Positions 1-9,371 of a DNA stretch of 39,396 nucleotides are shown here, piece by piece. The notes under the pieces were generated by a model. That model did no database searches and was not told the DNA's origin. It saw only the letters and a list, made by a program, of their open reading frames with translations. How positions within the stretch are numbered: position 1 is the first letter of the stretch; the number at the start of each line of letters is the position of its first letter. The position numbers and the translations under genes were made by a program. The stretch comes from Dehalococcoidaceae bacterium (GTDB taxonomy: Bacteria; Chloroflexota; Dehalococcoidia; JAUVWM01), in NCBI GenBank assembly GCA_030604105.1, contig JAUVWM010000001.1, positions 1 to 39,396 on the forward strand, read 5' to 3'.

Positions 1-348
1 CTGAACTCGATCGACACGCCCCGCCGTCATATAGGGTCTGCCCCGGCTGATGCCGGCCAGCGTCTCTATCCTGAGCTCCCGGTTCCCGGCCGCCAGGTTT
101 TCCCAGGCGTACTTGGCGACACATCTCAGGCCATTGCCGCAGGCCTCTGCCTCGGAGCCGTCTGGATTGAATATGCGCATGCCGAGATCAGCCACCGTCG
201 AGGGCACTACCAGCAGCAGGCCATCGGCCCCGATGCTGAAATGGCGCTGACATATGGCTATGGCCAGCTTTGACCAATCCCGCTGCATACCCCGGGCATC
301 GACCACAACGAAGTCGTTGCCGCAAGCTTGCATCTTGACGAACTTCAT
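1..348 (-). CDS. dapF: diaminopimelate epimerase, N-terminal part (continues beyond left edge)
   Basis: Absent from the ORF track because there is no stop in the window. Reverse translation from ATG 348-346 gives MKFVKMQACGNDFVVVDARG...RHFSIGADGLLLVV...MRIFNPDGSEAEACGNGLRC, with the typical DapF N-terminus and CGNG active-site motif. The frame is open to position 1. Confidence 0.85.
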   Translation of the reverse strand, partial: MKFVKMQACGNDFVVVDARGMQRDWSKLAIAICQRHFSIGADGLLLVVPSTVADLGMRIFNPDGSEAEACGNGLRCVAKYAWENLAAGNRELRIETLAGISRGRPYMTAGRVDRVQ

Positions 349-359
349 CCTCTGACCTG

Positions 360-1298
360 TTAGGCTATATGCGACTTAACCCCGGGCTTTGTGAATTTAT
401 CCGCCAGCCTCGTAACTGGCCCTTCAACCTTCTCCCTGACGTCAAACCAGCGAATTCGCTCATCCCCGGCCTTGAACCAGGCATATTGGTGACGGGCAAG
501 GCGGTGGGTTGTGAACTTTACCTGCTGCACGGCTGCGCTCAGCTCCATCTCCCCTCGGAGGAAGCCGCCGATCTGCCTGTAGCCCAGCCCCGACATGGAG
601 GGCAGGTCAAGACCATAGCCCCTCTCCACCAGACCCCGCACCTCCGCCACCAAGCCCTGTTCTATCATGCCATCCACCCTGGTGTCAATCCTGTGGTAAA
701 GGTCAGCTCGCTCGGTGGTCAAGCCGATAACGAGCGCGGCGAGAGAGGGTGCCTCTTTTCGCCCTAGCTGGGAGAAGGGGACACCCGTCAGCCGCCATAC
801 CTCCAGGGCCCTGATCACCCGCCGTACATTGTGGGGGTCGATCCGGCGCGCTGCTTTCGGGTCTGCCTCCTCAAGCTCCCGGTACAGCGCCTCGACCCCT
901 TCGCTGTCCACCCTGGCCTCCATCTCACGCCTCAATTCGAGCTGAGGCGGCACCCTGGGAATCTGCCAGCCTTCAACCACCGACCACACGTAGAGACCAC
1001 TCCCCCCCACCAGAAGCGGTAGCTTGCCTCGCCGCTGGATATCCGCAATAGCCTGATAGGCCATCTCCTGGTAAAGGGCCAAAGTGAAATCCTGGTCAGG
1101 GTCAATTATGTCAACTAAGTGGTGGGGAACCAGGGCACGCTCCCCGGGGCTGGGCTTGGAGGTGCCGATATCCATATAGCGGTAAATCTGTCGGCTATCG
1201 GCGCTCACGATCTCGCCGTCAAGCCTCTGAGCCAGATGGAGAGCCAACTGGCTCTTGCCCACTGCAGTGGGGCCGACTATGACAGCCACACGCCTCAT
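360..1298 (-). CDS. miaA: tRNA dimethylallyltransferase
   Basis: 312-aa ORF. P-loop GPTAVGKS at the N-terminus, SADSRQIYRYMDIGTSKP and HHLVDIIDP motifs are typical of MiaA. Its ATG overlaps the tpiA stop (ATGA). Confidence 0.93.
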   Translation of the reverse strand: MRRVAVIVGPTAVGKSQLALHLAQRLDGEIVSADSRQIYRYMDIGTSKPSPGERALVPHHLVDIIDPDQDFTLALYQEMAYQAIADIQRRGKLPLLVGGSGLYVWSVVEGWQIPRVPPQLELRREMEARVDSEGVEALYRELEEADPKAARRIDPHNVRRVIRALEVWRLTGVPFSQLGRKEAPSLAALVIGLTTERADLYHRIDTRVDGMIEQGLVAEVRGLVERGYGLDLPSMSGLGYRQIGGFLRGEMELSAAVQQVKFTTHRLARHQYAWFKAGDERIRWFDVREKVEGPVTRLADKFTKPGVKSHIA

Positions 1299-2059
1299 CT
1301 CACCCTTTTAATCGCCGCCGACTGCGCCACGATGTTTAGAAACTCTGCTGCCTTGAGGCTGCCCCCCCCTACCAGGGCACCGTCGATCTCAGGTTGCGCC
1401 ACAAACTCATCGATGTTGGCGCTGGTGACACTGCCGCCATACTGGATTCGCATCGCCTGAGCTATCTCCTTCCCATAGAGCCCGGCCATGACGTGGCGGA
1501 TGACCCCAATGGTAGCATTGGCCTGAACGCCGGTGGCGGCGAGACCGGTGCCAATAGCCCAAATTGGCTCGTAGGCGATAACTATGTCATTGGGGGCATC
1601 AACCCCCTTGAATGCTGCCCTGACCTGTCTGGTCACCACCTCAGCCGTCCTGCCCGCTTCGTTTTCCTCCAGCCTTTCCCCCACGCAGATGATGGGCTTG
1701 AGCCCCACCCCCAGCGCCGCCTGAACCTTTTTGCTCACCACCTCGTCGCTCTCGTCAAAGTATCCCCGGCGCTCGGAGTGACCCAGGATGACAAACTGGC
1801 ATAGCCCGGCCAGCATCGGAGGCGATATCTCGCCGGTGTAGGCGCCCTTCGGCTCGAAATACATGTTCTGGGCCCCCAGCTGGATAGACGAGCCCGCAAT
1901 TAGCTCTCCGATTGCGCTCAGGGAGATAAATGGGGGACAGAGCACCTTTTCCACACCATGTATCCTGTCCAGCCTGTTCCGCATCTCCTTAACCAGGTCA
2001 ACGGCCTCCCCCAGCGTGGTATTCATTTTCCAGTTGCCGGCGATTATCGGAGTTCGCAT
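1295..2059 (-). CDS. tpiA: triosephosphate isomerase
   Basis: 254 aa. IIAGNWKMN, ILGHSERR and AYEPIWAIGTG signatures. Confidence 0.95.
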   Translation of the reverse strand: MRTPIIAGNWKMNTTLGEAVDLVKEMRNRLDRIHGVEKVLCPPFISLSAIGELIAGSSIQLGAQNMYFEPKGAYTGEISPPMLAGLCQFVILGHSERRGYFDESDEVVSKKVQAALGVGLKPIICVGERLEENEAGRTAEVVTRQVRAAFKGVDAPNDIVIAYEPIWAIGTGLAATGVQANATIGVIRHVMAGLYGKEIAQAMRIQYGGSVTSANIDEFVAQPEIDGALVGGGSLKAAEFLNIVAQSAAIKRVR

Positions 2060-2070
2060 TTCACCCTATC

Positions 2071-3276
2071 CTAAGCGCCAAATTTGATCAGTTTTAAGGC
2101 ATTGGCCATAGCCAGGGGCATAACCGCGGTGGCGGGGAACCGGCCCAATCCCCCTCGGGCACAGGCTGTCTCCGAAAACTCCGCTACCCGGTCAGGTCGG
2201 CACCACTTTGAGTGCAAGATAAGGGGAACCGGATGCCAGCTGTGCCCTTTCAGCACTGCTGGCGTGGAGTGGTCGCCGGTGACCACCACGACCGCGGGCT
2301 CGAGGCCCAGCAGCCGGGGCAATAAGCCATCCACCTCCTCTATGACGCTGACCTTTCGGTCAAAGTCGCCATCCTCGCCCGCGCTGTCGGCTGGCTTTAC
2401 ATGAACGAAGAAAAAGTCATATTGCCCGTAATGGCGAGCCAGGGTAGCGAACTCCTCTTCGATGCTGTCCCCTGTGTCCAGGGCCGCCATGCCCAGCAGC
2501 TTTGCCAGCCCCCGATACATGGGATAAGAGGCGATGGCAGCTGGCTTCAGCTTATAGACCTGGCTCATGGCGGGGAAATCGGGGCGCTTGGAAAATCCGC
2601 GGAGCAGTATCATATTGGCTGGATGGGAGTCGGCCAGGACGAGCCTGGCCTGGGCAATGAACCGGTTCGCCATCTGGGCTGTTCTCTCTGCCCCAGAGGA
2701 AAGGGCGCTCACAGCACGGGGTGCTACCCCCTCTCGATGGGGATCGGAGTCGCTGAGCTCGGCATCAAGCCCCTGGCCGCGGAAAACGGCCACAAAGCGG
2801 TGCCCCGAGACCGGGCTGACAATCAGCTCGGCCCCGTCTATCCCCACCCCACCCAGTAGCTGACACAGCTGGGCACACCTCTCAGTGGAGATACGCCCCG
2901 CCCTGCGGTCGGCGATCACGCCATCCTGATCGACGGTGCAGAAATTGCCCCGGGCCACCACATCCTCATCCTTGAGGTCAAAGTCTATCCCCACTGCCTC
3001 TAAGACGCCCCTTCCGATCTCAAAGCGCAGGGGATCGTAGCCGAAGAGGGCCAGATGGGCCGGGGCGCTGCCCGGCGTGATGCCGGGGCTGACAGGGTCG
3101 CTGAGTCCGCAGATGCTCACTCCGGCCAGCCTGTCTAGGTTGGGGGTATGCGCAGTCTCCAGCTCTGTCTTGCCTGTTTCGGGGTGGGGCAGTCCCCCCA
3201 GGCCATCGATGACCAGAAGCACTATCTTCGAGGCGGAGGCTATGGCGATTTCCCTTATTTGCTCCAAGCTAATCAT
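2071..3276 (-). CDS. apgM: cofactor-independent phosphoglycerate mutase, archaeal ApgM type
   Basis: 401 aa. IVLLVIDGLGG N-terminus, HTPNLD, VTGDHSTP metal-site motifs of the ApgM/alkaline-phosphatase-superfamily mutases. Overlaps the pgk stop by 8 nt. Confidence 0.88.
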   Translation of the reverse strand: MISLEQIREIAIASASKIVLLVIDGLGGLPHPETGKTELETAHTPNLDRLAGVSICGLSDPVSPGITPGSAPAHLALFGYDPLRFEIGRGVLEAVGIDFDLKDEDVVARGNFCTVDQDGVIADRRAGRISTERCAQLCQLLGGVGIDGAELIVSPVSGHRFVAVFRGQGLDAELSDSDPHREGVAPRAVSALSSGAERTAQMANRFIAQARLVLADSHPANMILLRGFSKRPDFPAMSQVYKLKPAAIASYPMYRGLAKLLGMAALDTGDSIEEEFATLARHYGQYDFFFVHVKPADSAGEDGDFDRKVSVIEEVDGLLPRLLGLEPAVVVVTGDHSTPAVLKGHSWHPVPLILHSKWCRPDRVAEFSETACARGGLGRFPATAVMPLAMANALKLIKFGA

Positions 3277-4462
3277 TCTTATCCAGCAGCACCGCTACCC
3301 CGGGCAGGGTCCTGCCCTCCAGAAACTCCAGGGCGGCCCCTCCTCCGGTAGAGACGTGGCTCATCTTCCCCCCCAGCCCCATCTCCTCCACCGCCTCGGC
3401 GGTGGAACCGCCCCCTATTATCGTAGTGGCCTCGAGGTCAGCCACGAGCCTGACTAGGTCCCTGGTCCCCCGGGCAAATTGGGCGATTTCGAACACCCCC
3501 ATGGGCCCGTTCCAGATCACCGTCCCGCAACTTCGCAGCTCCCGCCCAAAGAGCTCGATGGTGCGCGGCCCGATATCGGCGATGAGCTGGTCGGCGGGCA
3601 CCTCGCCCACAGATACCGTCCGGGCAACAGCGTCTGCATCCAGGCTGGGGGCGACCACCACGTCAATGGGGAGCGACAGGCGAATGCCCTTACCCCTGGC
3701 TCTTTCCATCAGCTCAGCTACCACACCCAGCTTGTCCTCCTCGATCGCGGAGCGGCCTACACCCAGATTTTGGGCCTTGAGGAAGGTTGAGGCCATACCT
3801 CCACCGATGAGCAGCAGGTCAACCCTCTCCAGGATGTTCTCCAAGACGGCGATCTTGTCGCTCACCTTGGCGCCGCCGATGATGGCGGCAAAAGGACGGG
3901 CAGGGGCGTTCAGGGACCGACCCATGACATCCAGCTCCTTCTCCACCAGGAAGCCCGCCACCGCGGGCAGATAGCGAGCAACCCCCTCGGTGGAGGCATG
4001 GGCCCGGTGCATAGTGCCGAAGGCATCATTTACGTAGATATCGGCCAGGCGGCCTAGAGCTTGGGCAAAGGCCGGGTCGTTCCTCTCCTCCTCGATATGA
4101 AAACGAAGGTTCTCCAGGAGCAGGACCTCCCCCGGCTTAAGCCCGGCCACCGCTGCCTCAACCTCAGGGCCGACGCACTCCTGGGCGACGCTCACCGGCC
4201 GCGACAGAAGCTCCGAGAGCCGCTGGCCTATGGGAGCCAGTCTCAGCCCATCGACGATCTTCCCCCCGGGCCGCCCCAGATGGGAACAGAGGACCACCGT
4301 TGCCCCCCGCCCGATCAGGTAATCGATGGTGGGCAGCGCCGCCCGGATACGGATGTCATCGGTGATAGCGCCGGTCTCCCTGTCCAGGGGAACATTGAAA
4401 TCCACCCTGACCAGCACCCTCTTGCCCCCAACCTCGATGTCCCTAAGCGTCTTCTTGTCCAC
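3269..4462 (-). CDS. pgk: phosphoglycerate kinase
   Basis: 397 aa. KRVLVRVDFNVP, SHLGRP and GGGDTAAA-like (GGGSTAEAV) motifs. Confidence 0.95.
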   Translation of the reverse strand: MDKKTLRDIEVGGKRVLVRVDFNVPLDRETGAITDDIRIRAALPTIDYLIGRGATVVLCSHLGRPGGKIVDGLRLAPIGQRLSELLSRPVSVAQECVGPEVEAAVAGLKPGEVLLLENLRFHIEEERNDPAFAQALGRLADIYVNDAFGTMHRAHASTEGVARYLPAVAGFLVEKELDVMGRSLNAPARPFAAIIGGAKVSDKIAVLENILERVDLLLIGGGMASTFLKAQNLGVGRSAIEEDKLGVVAELMERARGKGIRLSLPIDVVVAPSLDADAVARTVSVGEVPADQLIADIGPRTIELFGRELRSCGTVIWNGPMGVFEIAQFARGTRDLVRLVADLEATTIIGGGSTAEAVEEMGLGGKMSHVSTGGGAALEFLEGRTLPGVAVLLDKND

Positions 4463-5249
4463 TGCGCCTTCTGCTCCGGTAGACTTGTTCTAGCCGCTCC
4501 TTTACCTCGGTGGCCTCCTTCACCGCCTCGGGGGCCAGGTCGAAAACGGCCTCACCCTTGAGGTCGGCCTCCATGATCTTGGGGTCATAGTTGATGAAGC
4601 CCAGGATCTCGAAATCGGGCATGTTATGGATGATGAATTGACGCTCAGCCTCGCTTTTAGTCTTGGAGCCCACGACATAGCAGCTGGCTATTCCCAGGTC
4701 CCGGGCCAGGCCTCTGATGGCCTGCGCTGTCTGGATGCTGCGCTGCCCCGGCTCCACCACCACAATGAAAGCATCCACCGACTGGGCGGTGCCCCGGCCC
4801 ACATGCTCCACCCCGGCGTCCATGTCCAGGATCACCACCTCTGAACGGCGCAGCAGCAGGTGGGTCATCAGGCTTTTGAGCAAGGCGCTCTCAGGGCAGA
4901 TGCAACCACCTCCTCCCTTCTTCACCGTGCCCAGCACCAGAAGCTTGATATTGTCCCTGGTGGCGGAGAAGCGGTCGGGGATGTCATCGACCCTGGGGTT
5001 AAGCTTGAAATAGGCGCCCACGCTGCCCGGCTTGGCTCCGGTACGCTCCTCTATCAAATCCTCAAGCTCGGCGATGGGGGTAATTCCAGCTGCCTGTTGG
5101 CCAGGGATGCCCAGCGCCGGGGCCAGGTTGGCGTCGGGGTTGGCATCAATGGCCAGCACCCTATTGCCCTCAGCGGCATATATCCTGGCCAGGAGACTGG
5201 CCAGCGTGGTCTTGCCCACGCCGCCCTTCCCCGAGATGGCCAGTTTCAT
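4443..5249 (-). CDS. CooC/AcsF-type MinD-family P-loop ATPase (putative Ni-insertion accessory protein)
   Basis: 268 aa. Deviant Walker A SGKGGVGKTT plus GGGCICPE (the CxC metal-bridging motif of CooC-type proteins). SD GGAGGTGA lies upstream. Overlaps the pgk start by 20 nt. Confidence 0.78.
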   Translation of the reverse strand: MKLAISGKGGVGKTTLASLLARIYAAEGNRVLAIDANPDANLAPALGIPGQQAAGITPIAELEDLIEERTGAKPGSVGAYFKLNPRVDDIPDRFSATRDNIKLLVLGTVKKGGGGCICPESALLKSLMTHLLLRRSEVVILDMDAGVEHVGRGTAQSVDAFIVVVEPGQRSIQTAQAIRGLARDLGIASCYVVGSKTKSEAERQFIIHNMPDFEILGFINYDPKIMEADLKGEAVFDLAPEAVKEATEVKERLEQVYRSRRRSGQEDA

Positions 5250-5334
5250 GGTCCTTCACCTCCAGATTGGCTGAGCCCTTTATTATTATACTGTCGAAGT
5301 TGCCAATTATCCACCGGACCGGGGCAGGGCTCAG

Positions 5335-6396
5335 TTAGTACTCTCGTTTCATGAGAGAGGCGGCTACCCCCTTAAGCTCCTCCAGGGCTGGTGGGGGGAG
5401 GCCGCTGGCCTCAAGCTGAGATATCGCCTCCTGATAGTACTGCTCGGCCATACCCTGAGCGTAGCCTCGGGCGCCCAGCCTGTTCAGAATCCCCACCACC
5501 CGGGTCACATCCTCCTTCCCCATCGCCTCCTGGCCGTAGATGCGCCGCAGCTCCTCCCTTTCCCCGGCTCTCGCCGCCTTCAGGCCATAGACCGCAGGCA
5601 GGGTCTTCTTGCGGCGCTGGATATCGTCGGCGGGTTTGCCCGTTGTCTTCTCCCCGCCCCAGATGCCCAGGACATCATCCTGAATCTGAAAGGCCAGGCC
5701 CAGATCTCTGCCGAAATGGCGAAGATGCCCGGTCGCCTTTTCGTCGCCGGCGCCCACCAGGGCCCCGAGATGGAGCGAGGCCTCGATGAGGGCCGCCGTC
5801 TTGCCCCCGATCATCCTCAAGTAGTCCTCAACCCCGATATCCAGGCAGCCCTCGTAGCAGATATCCAGATACTGCCCTTCACAGAGCTGGAGGCAGGTCT
5901 CGTCCAGGACGTGAGCTGCCCTAAGCACCCTCTCCTGGGTCACGCCTCGCCCCTCGAGCCGAAACAGGGCCAGTCGGGCCAGGGCATGCATGCTGTCGCC
6001 GGCGTTTATCGCCTGGGCCTGCCCCCATACTTTCCACACCGTGGGCCGATGGTGACGTTCGGGGCTGGCATCCTCGATGTCGTCGTGGAGAAGCGAGAAA
6101 TTATGCACGAGCTCCACTGCCGCCGCTGCCGGTAAGGCCTGTCTCCATTCACCTCCCACCGCCTGGCAGGCAAGCAGGCATAAAATGGGGCGCAGCAGCT
6201 TGCCACCCGGCTCCTGGCGCGGCTGACCCGGTTCATCGATCCAGCCCAGGTGGTAGCGCATCATATCGTAGACACCGAGCTGGCTGGTGCCCAGGATGGA
6301 CCTCAACTCAGTATCAAGCTCAGCCCGGAATATGTCAGGGACCGGAGTCATCTCTACCTTGACCACCCCCGACGATAAAAATATCAGGTGCTCCAT
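5335..6396 (-). CDS. polyprenyl diphosphate synthase (trans-IPPS, GGPP/longer-chain synthase family)
   Basis: 353-aa ORF with both Asp-rich motifs (LLHDDIED and FQIQDDVLG). The start is uncertain: ATG 6396, or ATG 6351 (MTPVPDIF...) behind AAGG. Confidence 0.85.
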   Translation of the reverse strand: MEHLIFLSSGVVKVEMTPVPDIFRAELDTELRSILGTSQLGVYDMMRYHLGWIDEPGQPRQEPGGKLLRPILCLLACQAVGGEWRQALPAAAAVELVHNFSLLHDDIEDASPERHHRPTVWKVWGQAQAINAGDSMHALARLALFRLEGRGVTQERVLRAAHVLDETCLQLCEGQYLDICYEGCLDIGVEDYLRMIGGKTAALIEASLHLGALVGAGDEKATGHLRHFGRDLGLAFQIQDDVLGIWGGEKTTGKPADDIQRRKKTLPAVYGLKAARAGEREELRRIYGQEAMGKEDVTRVVGILNRLGARGYAQGMAEQYYQEAISQLEASGLPPPALEELKGVAASLMKREY

Positions 6397-6467
6397 CGGG
6401 CACCTGAGCTATCCGCGATCTCTTGAATGCCTTGTACCGGACAGACGCCTGTGCTATCACCGGGCTT

Positions 6468-8363
6468 TCAATGGGAGGGAGCGGTTCTCAGCCGGGGGGC
6501 GGAGGCAAGTTCGGGAAAAGAGGAGAGAACCCGGCGCGATATCCCTTCGCTATCCAGATCGTACTTGGCGCGAAGCAGCGCCTGGGGGCCCTGCTCCACG
6601 AATTCATCGGGCAGTCCGATATGCTCGACCCGGACATCCGTGACGCCGGAGCTTTGAAGCAGCTGGAGCACGGCGCTGCCGAAGCCCCCGGCCAGGGCAT
6701 TCTCCTCCACAGTGACCAGCCGCTTGGTCTGCTCAGCCACTTCCAGGATAAGCGCCGCATCCAGAGGCTTGGCGAAGCGAGCATTGACCACGGTGGCCTC
6801 GATCCCCCCTTCAGCCAATTTCTGGGCGGCCTCAACGGCAGGAGCCACGGTGACACCTATGGCCAGGATGGCCACATCTGCTCCCTGCCTTACTATCTCC
6901 CCTTTGCCAATGGGGAGCTGGTGAAATTCAGGTTCCAGCCTCACCCCCAATCCCTGATCCCGGGGGTAGCGAATGGCCATGGGCCGATCCGCCTTCACCG
7001 CGGTATAGAGCAGGTGGCGGAGCTCGTTCTCATCCTTGGGGGCAGCTACCACCATATTGGGGATGCTGCTGAGATAGGAAAGATCGAAGCTACCCTGATG
7101 CGTCTTGCCATCCTCACCCACGATGCCAGCCCGGTCAAGGGCCAGGACCACGGGCAAGTTCTGGATACAGACATCATGGATGACCTGGTCGAAGGCCCGC
7201 TGCAGAAAGGTGGAATAGATAACGACAATGGGAATAAAACCCTGGGTTGCCAGGCCAGCGGCAAAGGTGACAGCATGTTGCTCGCAGATGCCGACATCGA
7301 AGACGCGTCCCGGAAGCTGGCGGGCCACCAGGCTCAAACCAGTGCCCTCGGGCATGGCTGCGGTGATAGCCACCAGCTTGGGATCGGCCTCGGCCAGGCT
7401 GAGCACGGTTTCAGCGAAGACCTGGCTATAAGTGGAGGCATCCCCGGCCTTGGTGTCTGGTGGGGGCACGCCATGATAGCCGACGGCATCATCCTCAGCC
7501 GGGTGGTATCCCTTGCCCTTGGTGGTGATAACATGAAGGAAGGTGGGCCTGGTGGAGTATCCCCGGGCTTGAGCCAGAGCTGCTTCCAGCTCGGAGATGT
7601 TATGTCCATCGATAGGTCCCATGTAAGTGAAGCCCAGCTCCTCCCAGATCATGGTGGGCATGACAAGCTCTTTTACGCTGCCCTTGACCCGCTCGCTGGC
7701 TTTCCACACCTGCTGGCCCCAGGGCAGCCTGGTCAGCATGTGCTTGACCTCCTCCTGGCTACGGCGATAGCGACGATCGAAGCGCACCCGGCTGAGCACT
7801 CTAGATAAGGCCCCCACACTGGGTGAGATGGCCATTCCGTTATCGTTCAAGACGACGATCAGCCTGGTGCCCAGATGCCCCGCGTGGTTCAGGGCCTCAA
7901 AGGCCATTCCCCCGGTCAGGGCGCCATCGCCGATTACAGCCACCACATGGTGATCCTGATCCGAAAGGTCCCGGGCAATAGCCATGCCCAGGGCGGCGGA
8001 GATCGAGGTGCTGGCGTGTCCCGCCCCGAAGGGATCGTGGGGGGATTCGCTTCGCTCGGTAAAGCCAGCCAGCCCCCCATACTGGCGCAGGGAGCCGAAG
8101 CGCTTGCTGCGCCCGGTAAGCAGCTTATGAACATAGCTCTGATGCCCCACATCCCACACGATCTTATCCCGGGGGCTATCGAAGATACGGTGCAAGGCGA
8201 TGGTAAGCTCAACCACACCCAGGTTGGAGGCCAGGTGTCCTCCGTTAGCGTTTACAGTGGAGACCATCTCCTCCCTGATCTCAGCAGCCAGCTGCTTGAG
8301 CTCCTGTCCGCTGAGCCCCTTTAAAGCTGCCGGCCCATCGATGTTATCTAACAACCTGGACAT
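6468..8363 (-). CDS. dxs: 1-deoxy-D-xylulose-5-phosphate synthase (MEP pathway entry)
   Basis: 631 aa. GHLASNLGVVELTIALH, GDGALTGGMAFEALN (TPP motif) and transketolase-like C-terminal domains. Confidence 0.95.
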   Translation of the reverse strand: MSRLLDNIDGPAALKGLSGQELKQLAAEIREEMVSTVNANGGHLASNLGVVELTIALHRIFDSPRDKIVWDVGHQSYVHKLLTGRSKRFGSLRQYGGLAGFTERSESPHDPFGAGHASTSISAALGMAIARDLSDQDHHVVAVIGDGALTGGMAFEALNHAGHLGTRLIVVLNDNGMAISPSVGALSRVLSRVRFDRRYRRSQEEVKHMLTRLPWGQQVWKASERVKGSVKELVMPTMIWEELGFTYMGPIDGHNISELEAALAQARGYSTRPTFLHVITTKGKGYHPAEDDAVGYHGVPPPDTKAGDASTYSQVFAETVLSLAEADPKLVAITAAMPEGTGLSLVARQLPGRVFDVGICEQHAVTFAAGLATQGFIPIVVIYSTFLQRAFDQVIHDVCIQNLPVVLALDRAGIVGEDGKTHQGSFDLSYLSSIPNMVVAAPKDENELRHLLYTAVKADRPMAIRYPRDQGLGVRLEPEFHQLPIGKGEIVRQGADVAILAIGVTVAPAVEAAQKLAEGGIEATVVNARFAKPLDAALILEVAEQTKRLVTVEENALAGGFGSAVLQLLQSSGVTDVRVEHIGLPDEFVEQGPQALLRAKYDLDSEGISRRVLSSFPELASAPRLRTAPSH

Positions 8364-8392
8364 CCTCGTCCCCGGGTAAGCTGATTTACCCC

Positions 8393-8422
8393 ATATTAGC
8401 AGCGCCGAATAGGGGCTGTCAA
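8393..8422 (-). promoter_or_regulatory. putative sigma-70 promoter of dxs (TTGACA-18-TAATAT)
   Basis: The reverse strand reads TTGACAgcccctattcggcgctgcTAATAT, about 30 nt upstream of the dxs ATG, which follows GGGGACGAGG. Confidence 0.45.
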
Positions 8423-8441
8423 GGCAGTGCTGCCGGTCACA

Positions 8442-8471
8442 TTGGACGGTACATCGGGGGCATGGTATAAT
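8442..8471 (+). promoter_or_regulatory. putative promoter of the PHP gene (TTGGAC-18-TGgTATAAT, extended -10)
   Basis: A consensus TATAAT at 8466-8471 is preceded by TGg. The ATG at 8484 lies only 12 nt downstream, so the mRNA would be near-leaderless. Confidence 0.45.
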
Positions 8472-8483
8472 GCTCTGCGGTCA

Positions 8484-9278
8484 ATGTATACCAAGATCGA
8501 TCTACATATCCATACCCCCATCTCCTCCTGTTACATGGATCATGTAGTGCCGGAGGCCAACCTTAAGACCTCGTCCCAGGACATCCTCACCGCCGCTCTC
8601 GACGCTGGACTGGCAGCCATCGCCATCACCGATCACAATAGTGCCGAAGGGATCGATGGCCTCACGCAGGCAGCCAGAGAGAGCGGACTTTGCATACTGC
8701 CCGGGCTTGAACTCTCGGCCCGGGGAGGACACGTTCTGGCTTTATTTGAGGAAGGGACACCCGTGTCCAGGTTACGCCACCTGCTCGGGGCCCTGGGCTT
8801 TACCGAGGAGGAGTGGGGGTGGGGCTACTGTGAGACCGAACACCGCATAGACTATATCTTCCAGAAGATTGAGGAACACGGTGGCCTGGCGATTGCCGCT
8901 CATGTGGACCGGAAGCCCAAGGGTTTCCTCGCCTCGGAGGAGCTGGCGACCAGGGACAAAAGGGAGATCCTCGCCAGCCAACACCTCGCCGCCATAGAGA
9001 TCACGGTTCAGCGGGACAGGGCTCTGTGGAATCGGGGATCGGTCACGGGTTATCCCCGCAAAATCGCCTGTATCCAGGGCTCAGACGCCCATGCCCCTTC
9101 TGAGGTAGGCCGGCGCCCCATCTACGTCCAGATTCCCAGCCTGACCCTGGAAGGGCTACGCCTTGCCCTGGCCGAGCCTGAATCCAGGATAGCCTTCCCC
9201 GGTGAAGGCATGGTTGAAGATGGCCCTCAGGGCGTAGCCAGCAAGATTTCCCCACCCCAGTCCCCCAGCCTGCCATAG
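8484..9278 (+). CDS. PHP-domain metal-dependent phosphoesterase
   Basis: IDLHIHTPISS...ITDHNS...AAHVDR...GSDAH is the His/Asp metal-ligand pattern of the PHP fold. The ORF-track start (GTG 8427) lies upstream of the predicted -10 and abuts the dxs -35, so ATG 8484 is preferred. Confidence 0.7.
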   Translation: MYTKIDLHIHTPISSCYMDHVVPEANLKTSSQDILTAALDAGLAAIAITDHNSAEGIDGLTQAARESGLCILPGLELSARGGHVLALFEEGTPVSRLRHLLGALGFTEEEWGWGYCETEHRIDYIFQKIEEHGGLAIAAHVDRKPKGFLASEELATRDKREILASQHLAAIEITVQRDRALWNRGSVTGYPRKIACIQGSDAHAPSEVGRRPIYVQIPSLTLEGLRLALAEPESRIAFPGEGMVEDGPQGVASKISPPQSPSLP

Positions 9279-9304
9279 CCTGTTGCAGACGCCCCGAGGA
9301 GGGG

Positions 9305-9333
9305 TTGACAAAAATTTGGCTTTATGCTAGCGT
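9305..9333 (+). promoter_or_regulatory. putative padR promoter (TTGACA-17-TGcTAGCGT)
   Basis: A perfect -35 and 17-nt spacer, with a TG-extended weak -10. The predicted TSS (about 9340) falls inside the palindrome at 9337-9351. Confidence 0.45.
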
Positions 9334-9336
9334 CTG

Positions 9337-9351
9337 CCTCGTATTACGAGG
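9337..9351. promoter_or_regulatory. perfect 7-1-7 palindrome CCTCGTAtTACGAGG, candidate PadR operator
   Basis: A perfect inverted repeat sits on the predicted TSS, 21 nt upstream of the padR ATG. Confidence 0.35.
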
Positions 9352-9371
9352 TACTGGTCGCAGGTGGCGGA

